A DNA stretch of 64,000 nt. Origin: Oscillospiraceae bacterium. Its GTDB lineage: Bacteria > Bacillota > Clostridia > Oscillospirales > Oscillospiraceae. The notes below the pieces were generated by a model, which did no database searches, had not been told where the DNA came from, and saw only the letters and a program-made list of their open reading frames with translations. Below, piece after piece: positions 53,166 through 62,581 of the stretch (within the stretch, counting starts at the first letter, position 1; every line of letters starts with the position of its first letter). The position numbers and the translations under genes were made by a program. Where the stretch lies: NCBI GenBank assembly GCA_031270395.1, contig JAISXU010000057.1, positions 18,363-82,362 on the forward strand. The letters run 5' to 3'.

Positions 53166-55097
53166 ATGTACATTCAACCGTATCCCAATTTGTTCAAGCC
53201 GCTGAATGTAAGGAATCTCAAGCTGAAAAACCGGATCATATCGGCGCCTAACATGCTGTTCCAGACTGTGGACGGCAGGCCGAACGATTACTACATATCA
53301 TACCTTGAGCACAAGGCGCGAGGCGGGGCGTCGATCGTGACGCTCGGAGAGGCCAACGTCTGCGACGGCGGCAACCACACGCCCGGCATGGAGATGACGC
53401 ACGACAACCGCTCGCTCTACGGCGAGATGGCGGCCGCGATACACGAGCACGGCGCTTACGCGAGCGTGGAGCTGACTCACGGCGGAATGAACGCCAGACC
53501 GCAGTTCAACCTCGACCCCGGCCTGATCATGGGCCCGTCCGAGCTGCAAAACCCGATGACGGGCGCGCGCGTCAAGGCGATGACGCCCGAGGATATGGAG
53601 CGCGTCGCCAACGCGTTCGCGGACGCCGCGGAATACTACTTAACGGTGGGCTTTGACACCGTGCTGCTGCACGTGGCGCACGGCTGGCTGCTCACCCAGT
53701 TTTTATCGCCGCTCACGAACAGGCGCACGGACGAATACGGCGGCAGCTTTGAAAACCGCATGAAATTCCCGCTGCGCGTGCTGCGGACGGTGCGCGAGCG
53801 CGTCGGGCAAAATCAGGCGCTCACGATGCGTCTGTCCGGCTCCGAGCGCCGCCCCGACGGGTTTACGACGCAGGATATCATAACATTTCTGGAACGCGCT
53901 CAGGAGTACGTCGATCTGACCGAAATCAGCTCGGAGGATCTCACTTGGTTTTTCGCGACGACGTATATGCCGCACTGTCAGAACGCCCCGCTCGCGGAGG
54001 AGATAAAAAAATCCGGCAAGGTGACAATCCCCGTCTATACGGTGGGCTCCATAGTGCGGCCTGAGGAGGCGGAGGAGATAATAGCGACCGGCAGGGCGGA
54101 CGGCGTGAGCATGTCGCGGGCGCTCATAGCGGATCCGTACTGGCCGAAAAAGGCCGCCACAGGGCGCGCGGACGAGATAACGCCATGCCTGCGCTGCCTC
54201 AACTGCACCGACAGCGATAACTTCAACCGCCATTTAGTGTGCAGCGTCAACCCGCTGCTTGGACGCGAGGCGCGTCTCGGCTTCGGCGGCGGAACGCCAA
54301 AGGCGCGTGAAAAAGCGCGGGTTCTCGTCGTCGGCGGCGGGCCGGCCGGAATGACGGCCGCGATTACCGCGGCGGGGCGGGGCCATGAGGTGACGCTCGC
54401 CGAACGCGGAGAGCGCCTGGGCGGATGGCTGAAATTTACGGACGCCGACAGCCTCAAAAACGATCTGCGACGGTATAAGGACTTCCTCGTGCGCGGCGTG
54501 AAGGATGCCGGAATCAGGGTGCTGCTGAACGCGTCGCCGGACGGGGACTGCGTTGACAGGAGCTCTTACGACCACATCATAGTCGCCACGGGCAGCGTAC
54601 CGGTCGTGCCCACGTTCATCAAAGGGTACGAGAAGGCGGCGCACGCTACCGCGGCGTATTTTGCCCCCGAGCGGATACGGGACGGCGCCGTGGTGATAAT
54701 AGGCGGCGGACTCGTCGGCGTGGAGACGGCGCTGCATCTGGCGAACACGGGACGGAGCGTGACTGTTCTGGAGGCGAGGGACGAGTTGGCGGCGGACGCC
54801 AAGGGCTGCTACAAAATGGGGCTCATGCGCAAGGTGTTCGAGTCCGGGATAGTGGCGATAACGGGCGCCGGCGTCAAGGAGATACTGGACGGTGGCGTGA
54901 GATATGAAAAAGACGGCAAGGAGATGGAGGCGCCCGCCGAGTCCGTGCTGTACGCCGTCGGGATGCGTAGCGACGACGCTCTGTATTACGACCTGTATAC
55001 AAAGGCGCCGTTTGTCACGCTTGTCGGCGACGCGAAAAGAGTAGGCAAGGTGGACGGCGCGGTACATTCCGGTTACTTTGCGGCGATGGATATATAG
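53166..55097 (+). CDS. Fe-S flavoenzyme, 2-enoate reductase/BaiH class (ENR paralogue 2)
   Basis: 643 aa. OYE-like N-terminus (FKPLNVRNLKLKNRIISAPN), CLRCLNCTDSDNFNRHLVCSVNP, VLVVGGGPAGMTAA, and a second Rossmann segment VVIIGGGLVGVE. Confidence 0.85.
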   Translation: MYIQPYPNLFKPLNVRNLKLKNRIISAPNMLFQTVDGRPNDYYISYLEHKARGGASIVTLGEANVCDGGNHTPGMEMTHDNRSLYGEMAAAIHEHGAYASVELTHGGMNARPQFNLDPGLIMGPSELQNPMTGARVKAMTPEDMERVANAFADAAEYYLTVGFDTVLLHVAHGWLLTQFLSPLTNRRTDEYGGSFENRMKFPLRVLRTVRERVGQNQALTMRLSGSERRPDGFTTQDIITFLERAQEYVDLTEISSEDLTWFFATTYMPHCQNAPLAEEIKKSGKVTIPVYTVGSIVRPEEAEEIIATGRADGVSMSRALIADPYWPKKAATGRADEITPCLRCLNCTDSDNFNRHLVCSVNPLLGREARLGFGGGTPKAREKARVLVVGGGPAGMTAAITAAGRGHEVTLAERGERLGGWLKFTDADSLKNDLRRYKDFLVRGVKDAGIRVLLNASPDGDCVDRSSYDHIIVATGSVPVVPTFIKGYEKAAHATAAYFAPERIRDGAVVIIGGGLVGVETALHLANTGRSVTVLEARDELAADAKGCYKMGLMRKVFESGIVAITGAGVKEILDGGVRYEKDGKEMEAPAESVLYAVGMRSDDALYYDLYTKAPFVTLVGDAKRVGKVDGAVHSGYFAAMDI

Positions 55098-55216
55098 CGG
55101 TATTGCCCAAAACGCCGCCGCGCGGCGGCAGTAAACAAAAAACAAAATGCGCTTTGAAGCTGGTCTCACAAAACCATTTCAAAGCGCATTTCCTGTTTTT
55201 CGGGTTTTTGGTTTTC

Positions 55217-55352
55217 TATATCATAAATTGCTATGCAATTTATGATATATCGCCATGCGGCGCGTCCCGCGCCGCGGCTCAAAGTTTAAGCGCGCGCCCG
55301 CACAGCGGGCGCATGCGCGCGATATAATATCCGCTCTGCGGATATTATATCA
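55217..55352 (+). repeat. family B four-hairpin repeat (copy B4) between convergent ENR genes
   Basis: TATATCATAAATTGC-tat-GCAATTTATGATATA; GCCATGCGGCGCG..CGCGCCGCGGC; GCGCGCCCGC-acag-CGGGCGCATGCGC; GATATAATATCCGC-tct-GCGGATATTATATC. The last arm contains the TAA stop of 55345..57315. Confidence 0.7.
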
Positions 55353-57315
55353 TACCGGCTATGAAATACGCCGCCTTAGTAGCCTCGCGTATGTTCCTCG
55401 GCGTCAGACAGTCGCCAATCTGGTGGAACTCGGGCGCGAGGAAGCGCAGCGCGTCCGCCTCGTCCCACAGGGGGCGCTGTCCGACTGCGTAAATAACGGT
55501 GTCGGCGGCAAACGTCACGCGCGCGCTGTCCGGCCCCTGCGCCAATACGCCGTCGCCGCCTATCTCCAATGTTCTCGTACCCAGCGCGAGCTCTACGCCC
55601 ATTTCGCGCAGCTTCACATCGAGCGCCAACCCGTGCAGTTGATTGCCTCCGTCGGACAGCGCGGGCATCAGCTCGACGACGGCGACGCTCCTGCCGAGCT
55701 CCGCCAGAAATATCGCAAGCTCCGTGCCGACGAGTCCGCCGCCCAGCACGACGACGCGTCCGCCGGCGAGTTCCGTGTTGAGATAGATGTCCTCGGCGCC
55801 GTACACGCGCGGGCCGTCGATCCCCACGATATCCGGCTTTACCGGGCGGGCGCCGAGCGCCGCTATGACGACTTGCGGCGCCACGTCGCGCACGAGCTCC
55901 GGCGTCGCCTCAACGCCGAGCCGTAGGTCTATATTCGCGCCCATGACCTTGTATTCCTGTAAATCGAGGTATTTTGAGAGCTTTTCCTTGAACGGGACGT
56001 CGCGCTCGCAGCGCAGCGCGCCGCCCAGCCGCTCCGATTTTTCGCAGAGTATGACGTCGTGCCCGCGCCGCGACGCCGTGAGCGCCGCCTGCATCCCGGC
56101 GACGCCGCCGCCCGCCACGAGTACGGTTTTCCGCTTTGACGCGGGCGCTATTCGCTCGGCCTGCAGCTCGACGCCTATCTCCGGGTTGACGGCGCAGCAG
56201 AACTGCCGGTTGGACAGCAGATTGGAAAAACAGGTGAAGCAGCGCATACACCGGACTATGTCGTCCCCGCGACCCGCGCGCGCCTTTGCCGGCATGTCCG
56301 GATCCGCTATGAGCTCGCGCGCGAGCTCCACGACGTCAGCGCGCCCGGAGGCGATGGTTTCCTCCATCAGCTCGGGCTCGGTGAACGCCCCCACGGTGGC
56401 CACGGGCGTCTTGACGTGTTTTTTTATCTCGGCGGCGAGATACGCGTTGCAGCCGTCGGGCAGAAACATCGACGGGTGAGTAATAACGAACGCGTCCTTT
56501 ACCTCGTGGTGTCCCGCCGACGCGTGTATGAGATCGACATGTCCGTCAAGCGCCATAGCTATCTTGACGCCCTCGTCCACACCGTAGCCGCGCGGATTCG
56601 CCTCCGTGGCGGACATGCGGAATTCGATCGGAAAGCCCTTGCCGCACCTCTCGCGTATGCGGTCGGCGACGGCAAGCGGGAAGCGCATCCTGTTCTCGAA
56701 CGAGCCGCCCCACATATCGTCGCGCGTGTTGACGAACGGCGACAGGAACTGGGACATAAGCCAGCCGTGTCCGCCGTGTATGAGCACCATACCGAAGCCG
56801 CACCGCTTGGCAAACAGCGCGGCCGAGGCGTACGCCTCTATGGTATCCTCAATGACGTCCGCGGTCATCGCCAGCACGCGTGTGCCGTCGCCGGACGCGT
56901 GCGCAATCTCGCCCCGCATCGACTCGACGGCGACGGGCCCGTAGACGGCGTTGCCGAGCTTCCCGGACTGCTCCGCGTACATGCCCGCGTGCTGCAGCTC
57001 CGCGACGGCGACGGCGCCGTATTGCGATATGCCCTCCGCCAGAGCGGTCAGCGCGCCGATAGACTCCGGATCATTGAGCGGTATATGGTTCTGCCCGCCC
57101 TTGCCGTGCTTTGAGTCCACAATGCACTCGCCCACAGCCACGGACGCGCAGCCGCCCTTCGCCTTGCGCGCGTAGTACGCCACCGCCTCCGCCGTCGGAA
57201 ATTCCTCGGCGGTAAGCTCCTGATAGCCCGTGGGCGCGCCGAATATGCGGTTGCGGAACAGCGTATTGCCAAGCCTTATAGGCGAGAAGAGATGCGGATA
57301 CTTACACTCGTACAT
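55345..57315 (-). CDS. Fe-S flavoenzyme, 2-enoate reductase/BaiH class (ENR paralogue 3)
   Basis: 656 aa. FSPIRLGNTLFRNRIFGAPTG, CMRCFTCFSNLLSNRQFCCAVNP, VLVAGGGVAGMQAA, VVVLGGGLVGTE. Closest by eye to paralogue 1. Confidence 0.85.
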   Translation of the reverse strand: MYECKYPHLFSPIRLGNTLFRNRIFGAPTGYQELTAEEFPTAEAVAYYARKAKGGCASVAVGECIVDSKHGKGGQNHIPLNDPESIGALTALAEGISQYGAVAVAELQHAGMYAEQSGKLGNAVYGPVAVESMRGEIAHASGDGTRVLAMTADVIEDTIEAYASAALFAKRCGFGMVLIHGGHGWLMSQFLSPFVNTRDDMWGGSFENRMRFPLAVADRIRERCGKGFPIEFRMSATEANPRGYGVDEGVKIAMALDGHVDLIHASAGHHEVKDAFVITHPSMFLPDGCNAYLAAEIKKHVKTPVATVGAFTEPELMEETIASGRADVVELARELIADPDMPAKARAGRGDDIVRCMRCFTCFSNLLSNRQFCCAVNPEIGVELQAERIAPASKRKTVLVAGGGVAGMQAALTASRRGHDVILCEKSERLGGALRCERDVPFKEKLSKYLDLQEYKVMGANIDLRLGVEATPELVRDVAPQVVIAALGARPVKPDIVGIDGPRVYGAEDIYLNTELAGGRVVVLGGGLVGTELAIFLAELGRSVAVVELMPALSDGGNQLHGLALDVKLREMGVELALGTRTLEIGGDGVLAQGPDSARVTFAADTVIYAVGQRPLWDEADALRFLAPEFHQIGDCLTPRNIREATKAAYFIAGMI

Positions 57316-57392
57316 ATTGAGCCAACCACTCCTTCAAAAAAATATTCACCGGGCGCCGAGTACGGCGGGAGATGGCGTCATCCAATTTTAAG

Positions 57393-58304
57393 CTATTTGC
57401 TCACCGTACATTCAAAGCCGTGCTTTTCAAAAATCGCGCGCGTGCGGTCAAGCTCCTCCGGGGTACACTCGCGCAGCTCGTCAAGCGCGTACTCCATGCC
57501 TATGGAGGCGTACTTGTTGGCGCCATACTTGTGGTATGGCAGAACGGAGATCGCGGCGGAGGGCGCTATACCGCGCACCATCGCCGCCGTCGCCTCCATG
57601 TTTTCCTCCGAGCTGTTGTACTCCGGTATGAGCGGTACGCGTATCGTTATATCGACACCGGAGCCGGCTGCCAGACGCAAATTATCAATTATAGTATCAA
57701 GCGGAACACCCATCAGCTCCTCGTGGCGGCGCGGGTCCATATGTTTGATGTCGAAGTACACGAGATCGGCGTATTCGAGAACGGCGCGCATCGCCTCCGG
57801 GGAGCCGAAGCCCGACGTGTCGGCGCACGTGTGTATGCCCTCCTCACGGCACTTTTTGAAAATTGCCGCGACAAAATCCGGCTGAGCCAGTATCTCTCCG
57901 CCGGAGCACGTCACGCCGCCGCCGGAGGTCTCGTAGTACACGGCGTCGCGCCTTATGACCTTCCACACCTGATTTACGCTCATGCGTTCGCCCTTGACCG
58001 TAAGGGCCTCGGCGGGACACTCGCGAACGCACGTCCCGCAGACTACGCACCTCGCGCGGTCGATCGATATGCCGTCGCCCGTCACGGTTATCGCGCCGTT
58101 CGGACAGACGCCGGCGCACGTCCCGCACTTCTTACAGGACGTGTAGCGGTACTGTAGCTGCGGCGCCGGGCTCTGCGACTCCGGGTTTGAACACCACGGA
58201 CACCGCAGGGGACACCCCTTGAAAAAGACCGTCGTGCGTATCCCCGGCCCGTCGTCTATGCTGTACCGCTGAATATTGAATACAATGCCCTCAATACTGC
58301 TCAT
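57393..58304 (-). CDS. glycyl-radical enzyme activating protein (radical SAM, two extra ferredoxin-like clusters)
   Basis: CPLRCPWCSNPE (CX3CX2C), CKKCGTCAGVCPNGA and CVVCGTCVRECPAEA, GGVTCSGGE. 303 aa. Confidence 0.9.
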   Translation of the reverse strand: MSSIEGIVFNIQRYSIDDGPGIRTTVFFKGCPLRCPWCSNPESQSPAPQLQYRYTSCKKCGTCAGVCPNGAITVTGDGISIDRARCVVCGTCVRECPAEALTVKGERMSVNQVWKVIRRDAVYYETSGGGVTCSGGEILAQPDFVAAIFKKCREEGIHTCADTSGFGSPEAMRAVLEYADLVYFDIKHMDPRRHEELMGVPLDTIIDNLRLAAGSGVDITIRVPLIPEYNSSEENMEATAAMVRGIAPSAAISVLPYHKYGANKYASIGMEYALDELRECTPEELDRTRAIFEKHGFECTVSK

Positions 58305-58345
58305 TACGATAATATACCCTGTTCCTTATCGGTCTCAACGGCCAG

Positions 58346-59167
58346 TCAGCCGTTGCTTCCCGTCGGGGTTTTGCCGAGCAGGAAGCTCTGCGCGTGCGAG
58401 TAGACGTATCCGATGCCCCCGCCGACGTACATGCACAGGCCCGTGATATACGCCGACAGCTCGCTGCACAGAAACAGCGTCGGCCCCGCTATGTCGTCCG
58501 CCGTGCCTATTCGCCCGAGCGGTACCTCGTGGCGCGCTATGCCGTCGAGCAGGCTTTCAAGCTCGTCTCCGGAGGCCAGCTCGTCCCAAAACGACGTGCG
58601 TATCGGCCCGGGCTTTATGCAGTTGACGCGTATCCCCAGCGGCGCCACCTCCATGGCGAGATTCACCGTGAGCGACTCGCAGCCGGCTTTCGCCATATGG
58701 TACGAATACGCGGGCGTGGTGGGATTAAACGCGCCGTTTGACGAGCATATCACGATTTTGCCCGATTTCCGCTCCTTCATATGCGGGAGTACGGTGAAAA
58801 CCGTGTTGTACGTACCCGTCATGTTCGATTCTATGGTCTTCTCATAACTGGTCTTGGGGTCAAGGCCCTCGCCGTCGAAGGTCTTGCCCGCGAACGACGC
58901 TAAAATGTCGATTTTGCCGAATTCCGCGAGCGTCTTATCGACGGTAAGCCTGTTGCTCTCCGCGCTCGTGACGTCAAGCGGCCCGTAGTACCGCGCCGTG
59001 CCGCCCGCGGCGCCTATTTCCGCCGCCAGCCGCTCGCCCTTGCCGACGCTCCTGCCGCCTATTACGACGGCCGCGCCCTCTTTAGCGAACAGTCTCGCCA
59101 CAGCCTCACCCATTCCGCTCGTCGCGCCGGTGATTATGGCGACCTGTCCATCAAGCATTTTTTCCAT
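58346..59167 (-). CDS. SDR-family oxidoreductase (classical, FabG/glucose-DH-like)
   Basis: ITGATSGMGEA, catalytic YHMAKAG, PGPIRT. 273 aa. Confidence 0.85.
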   Translation of the reverse strand: MEKMLDGQVAIITGATSGMGEAVARLFAKEGAAVVIGGRSVGKGERLAAEIGAAGGTARYYGPLDVTSAESNRLTVDKTLAEFGKIDILASFAGKTFDGEGLDPKTSYEKTIESNMTGTYNTVFTVLPHMKERKSGKIVICSSNGAFNPTTPAYSYHMAKAGCESLTVNLAMEVAPLGIRVNCIKPGPIRTSFWDELASGDELESLLDGIARHEVPLGRIGTADDIAGPTLFLCSELSAYITGLCMYVGGGIGYVYSHAQSFLLGKTPTGSNG

Positions 59168-59202
59168 GTCTTAATCACATATCCTTTCCGAAGCCTGCGA
59201 TA

Positions 59203-59607
59203 TTAAAGCAGAACTATTTCGCGCAATTCGTTCAACGGAGCCAGATCCCTTATCTCGGTTGCAAAACCAAATGCCTTGCGCGCATCGCTGTCGCTTATTT
59301 CAAACTCATCCGGATAGCGGGGAACGATGCCGAATTGAGTCAAAAATTCAGAAGCGTTCTTTATCTCATTGAAACGGGCATCATAACTTAAGCACATCCT
59401 ACTCAGGCGCGTAATGTCGTGAGTATACGGCGGCTCGTCTATACCCCTGAATATTAAAAAGGCTTTCAACCACTTTTCGGCCGCCTGTTGACAGTGAAAA
59501 CAAATAATATCGCCGGGTAAGGGGTAATGGCCGAAAATAAACTCTGCTACACTATAATCTCCATCCGCTTTGGCGAACCACATGCGGACATATTTGTCAT
59601 TTGCCAT
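59203..59607 (-). CDS. HEPN-domain protein (toxin partner of MNT)
   Basis: 134 aa. ..CFHCQQAAEKWLKAFLIFRG..YTHDITRL..GIVPRYPDE.. matches the HEPN (PF05168-type) pattern. It overlaps the upstream NTase gene by 11 nt. Confidence 0.75.
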   Translation of the reverse strand: MANDKYVRMWFAKADGDYSVAEFIFGHYPLPGDIICFHCQQAAEKWLKAFLIFRGIDEPPYTHDITRLSRMCLSYDARFNEIKNASEFLTQFGIVPRYPDEFEISDSDARKAFGFATEIRDLAPLNELREIVLL

Positions 59608-59947
59608 ACAGTCGAACCCCTTTTTTGGAAATTACACGTTCAAGAGTGGGGCCGTCTTTTCTGTCCGCGAATATAGCGGACTTTTTGACAAATAAATCTG
59701 CGGAATGATCTAACTTGTCGTAAAAGTCGCCGCGTATTTCCATGGCAATATCCAATTCGCGCTTACTCACAGAATCCGGCACTATGACGCAGATATCAAG
59801 ATCGCTGTCTTTATGCGGATTTCCGTAAGCATATGAACCAAACAGATACATCGCCTCAGTGTTTGGTACAATGGCTAAAACGCTTTCTTTGACGATATCC
59901 AGCTTTTTTTGAATCTCCGGTGTTTCATACGGATACATAGGATGCAA
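59597..59947 (-). CDS. minimal nucleotidyltransferase (MNT antitoxin-type)
   Basis: 116 aa. LFGSYAYGNPHKDSDLDICVIV matches the GSxxxGxxxxxSDxD polymerase-beta NTase motif. Confidence 0.8.
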   Translation of the reverse strand: MHPMYPYETPEIQKKLDIVKESVLAIVPNTEAMYLFGSYAYGNPHKDSDLDICVIVPDSVSKRELDIAMEIRGDFYDKLDHSADLFVKKSAIFADRKDGPTLERVISKKGVRLYGK

Positions 59948-60042
59948 TTCCTTTCACAGGCCGTCGGCGACAGAGTGCCGCAACAAGAGAACCAACCCAG
60001 CGTCCCGTTCACAAGCGCTATGTGCTTGCAAACGGAGTTTTC

Positions 60043-60813
60043 TCAGCTGTAATACTCCGGCGAGCGGCGCAGCGTCTCAAACTGGGCGAGGTCGTGTCCG
60101 TACCATATCTCGGCGCCGCGCTCCTTCGCGAGCGCGAGAGTGTACTCCAGAGCGCGCAGCCAGTTGTCGGGGTCTCTGCATATGCCGGGTCTGCGCAGCG
60201 GCGGCCCGACGTTCTCCGACGAGTAGATCACGTCGGAGATGAGCAGCTTATTTCCGTCATTTTGCAGCTCCAGCAGGAGCCCCAGCATTCCGTAGGAGTG
60301 GCCGCGCCCGAAGTTGACTATCGTCACGCCCGGCATGAGCGCCTTGAACTTCACACTGTCGTCAAACAGGCTCCATTTCAGGCCCTGCTGCATGAAATAG
60401 GCGACGTCCTTTACAAACGGGAAGCGCCCCATCGCAGCATCCTTCAGTATGCCTGTGAATTCATTGTCCGACACTATTATTTCGGCGTTCGGGAATTTGT
60501 CGATGTACCCGAAGTGGTCGGGGTGCATATGCGAGAGCAGGATGTACTTTATATCCTGCGGCTCGACGCCCGCCTCGCGCACGCGGTACACGGGGTCGTC
60601 CTCCGGCTCCATGCGGAGATTTTCCATTATGAACGGAGCCTGACGCTCCGGGTTGAGGTGGCACGCCGCGTCGAACAGTATGTTCCCATCCGGGTGCTTT
60701 ATGAGCACCGTCCACGACGGGAAATTAAACCTCTCGTCCGGGTCGTCACAGGCGATGAGCTCGTTTTTTATACTGTTGATATTCATACCGTTTTTAAGTA
60801 CATATACTTTCAT
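60043..60813 (-). CDS. MBL-fold metallo-hydrolase (lactonase-like)
   Basis: Start is ATG 60813 (MKVYVLKNG..). LLSHMHPDHFGYID is the HxHxDH motif, with a later GHSYG. 256 aa. Confidence 0.75.
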   Translation of the reverse strand: MKVYVLKNGMNINSIKNELIACDDPDERFNFPSWTVLIKHPDGNILFDAACHLNPERQAPFIMENLRMEPEDDPVYRVREAGVEPQDIKYILLSHMHPDHFGYIDKFPNAEIIVSDNEFTGILKDAAMGRFPFVKDVAYFMQQGLKWSLFDDSVKFKALMPGVTIVNFGRGHSYGMLGLLLELQNDGNKLLISDVIYSSENVGPPLRRPGICRDPDNWLRALEYTLALAKERGAEIWYGHDLAQFETLRRSPEYYS

Positions 60814-60840
60814 AACACAGCACCTCACGTAGAATTATCT

Positions 60841-61047
60841 CGTATGTACTCGCTATCGCTCTCTCGTCCTTTTCGCCTGTGGCGAAAAGAATTTTTGTGA
60901 AGGAGTGCGTCCCGTGCGACTAAGCAAAAATTGTTATATCTCCGTCAGTAGATGGAATTCATTTCCATCTACTGACACTTTGCGAGCCGCGCACGGCGAG
61001 ATCCAACCCTCGTAACTCGTTTGTTACGACACAGTCTTAACAAACGA
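60841..61047 (+). repeat. family A modular repeat, short form (copy A4)
   Basis: ..CTCTCTCGTCCTTTTCGCCTGTGGCGAAAAGAATTTTTGTGAAGGAGTGCG... The variable hairpin is GTCAGTAGATGGAA-ttca-TTCCATCTACTGAC. Conserved core TTTGCGAGCCGCGCACGGCGAGATCCAACCCTCGTAACTCGTTTG. Terminal hairpin CGTTTGTTACGAC-aca-GTCTTAACAAACG. Confidence 0.65.
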
Positions 61048-61049
61048 CG

Positions 61050-62498
61050 TCACTCCGCCAGATTTATCGTTATCATCTTCTGCTCGGTGTACTCGAGGAC
61101 GCCCTGCTTGCCGCCCTCCTTGCCTATGCCGCTCTCGCGGACGCCGCCCCACGGCGCTTCCGCGCAGATGAGATTGTGCGCGTTGACCGAGAACGTGCCG
61201 ACGGTGAGGCGCTTGCCGAGCTTGAGCGCGTGGGCGATGTTGCGCGTCCAGATGGACGCCGTGAGACCGTACGTGTTGTCGTTGGCCAGGCGTATGACCT
61301 CGTCCTCGTCGCTCCACTTCGTCGTGACGGCAACCGGCCCGAATATCTCCTCGCGGTATATCTTCATCTCGGGCGTCACGTCCGTGAATATCGTCGGCTC
61401 AATGAATACGCCCTTGTCTCCCCAGCGCTTGCCGCCGTAGAGCAGCTTCGCGCCCTCCTTGACACCGGACTCAATGTAACCCATGACCTTGTTGAAATGC
61501 TCCGTGGAGACCATCGGCCCCATCGTCGTCTCTTTCTTTGTCGGGTCGCCGAGTACCTGATGCTTTGCCACGGTGAGCAGCTTTTCAATAAACTCGTCGT
61601 ACACGCTCTCGTGTATGTAATAGCGCCCCGGCGAGCCGCACGCCTGTCCGCAGTTGAAGAACTGATGGTGTCCGAGACTCTCTATGGCGAGGTCGAGGTT
61701 GGCGTCCGGGAAGATGATGGCGGGGTTCTTGCCGCCAAGCTCCATTATGACCTTCTTGATCGTCGGCGCGGCGGCCTGCATGATGGATACGCCGGTCTCC
61801 GTCGAGCCGGTGAAGCCCACGGCGTCAACTCCGGGGTGCGACGCCAGCGCGTTGCCGACTGACGAGCCGGGCCCTGTTATCACGTTGACGACGCCCTTTG
61901 GCAGCTCGTCCACGCTGTCCACGACCTCCGCGAGGAACAGTCCGACGAGCGAGTTTGTGGACGGCGGCTTGACGACGCACGTGTTGCCCGTGGAGATGGC
62001 CAGCGCTATCTTTTGACTCATGAGGAACAGCGGCAGATTCCACGGGATGATGAGCGCGCAGACGCCTATGGGTACGCGGTCGAGGCAGTACATGACGTTC
62101 GGCGAGCGCCCGGAATTGCTGATGAAATCTCCCATTATGCTGTGCGCGTAGGTGGCCGCCATCTCAAAGTTGCCGCAGGCGCCCATCGTCGGCCCGAAGC
62201 CGAGCTCCTCCGGCATACCGTGCTCCTGCGCGGCGAGGTGCGCCGCCTCCTTCGCGCGGGCGCGCAGCGCGGCGCCTATCTTGCGCAGAACGTTCGAGCG
62301 CTTCTCCTGCGTCAGACCCGACCACTCGGGGAACGCCGCGCGCGCCGCCGCGACCGCCCTGTCGATGTCCTCCGCTCCGGCGCACGGAACCTCCCCGAAC
62401 GTCTCGTCCGTGGACGGGTTATACGTGTTGATCGTCTTGCCCGATACCGCGTCTACCCACTGTCCGCCTATAAGCATTTTCTTTGTTATTGTGTCCAT
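61050..62498 (-). CDS. NAD(P)-dependent aldehyde dehydrogenase
   Basis: Start is ATG 62498 (MDTITKKMLIGGQWVD). MELGGKNP, catalytic-Cys region FFNCGQACGSPGR, EEIFGPV. 482 aa. Confidence 0.9.
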   Translation of the reverse strand: MDTITKKMLIGGQWVDAVSGKTINTYNPSTDETFGEVPCAGAEDIDRAVAAARAAFPEWSGLTQEKRSNVLRKIGAALRARAKEAAHLAAQEHGMPEELGFGPTMGACGNFEMAATYAHSIMGDFISNSGRSPNVMYCLDRVPIGVCALIIPWNLPLFLMSQKIALAISTGNTCVVKPPSTNSLVGLFLAEVVDSVDELPKGVVNVITGPGSSVGNALASHPGVDAVGFTGSTETGVSIMQAAAPTIKKVIMELGGKNPAIIFPDANLDLAIESLGHHQFFNCGQACGSPGRYYIHESVYDEFIEKLLTVAKHQVLGDPTKKETTMGPMVSTEHFNKVMGYIESGVKEGAKLLYGGKRWGDKGVFIEPTIFTDVTPEMKIYREEIFGPVAVTTKWSDEDEVIRLANDNTYGLTASIWTRNIAHALKLGKRLTVGTFSVNAHNLICAEAPWGGVRESGIGKEGGKQGVLEYTEQKMITINLAE

Positions 62499-62536
62499 GA
62501 CATGTACCTCCGATAAATAAATATAGATTGCACCCA

Positions 62537-62581
62537 TTTTCGTAACTCGTTTGTAACGACTTTAGCCGTTACAAACGAAAG
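62537..62581 (+). repeat. family A terminal-hairpin fragment (copy A5)
   Basis: CGTAACTCGTTTGTAACG-actttagc-CGTTACAAACGAAAG, between the ADH stop and the ALDH start. Confidence 0.45.
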
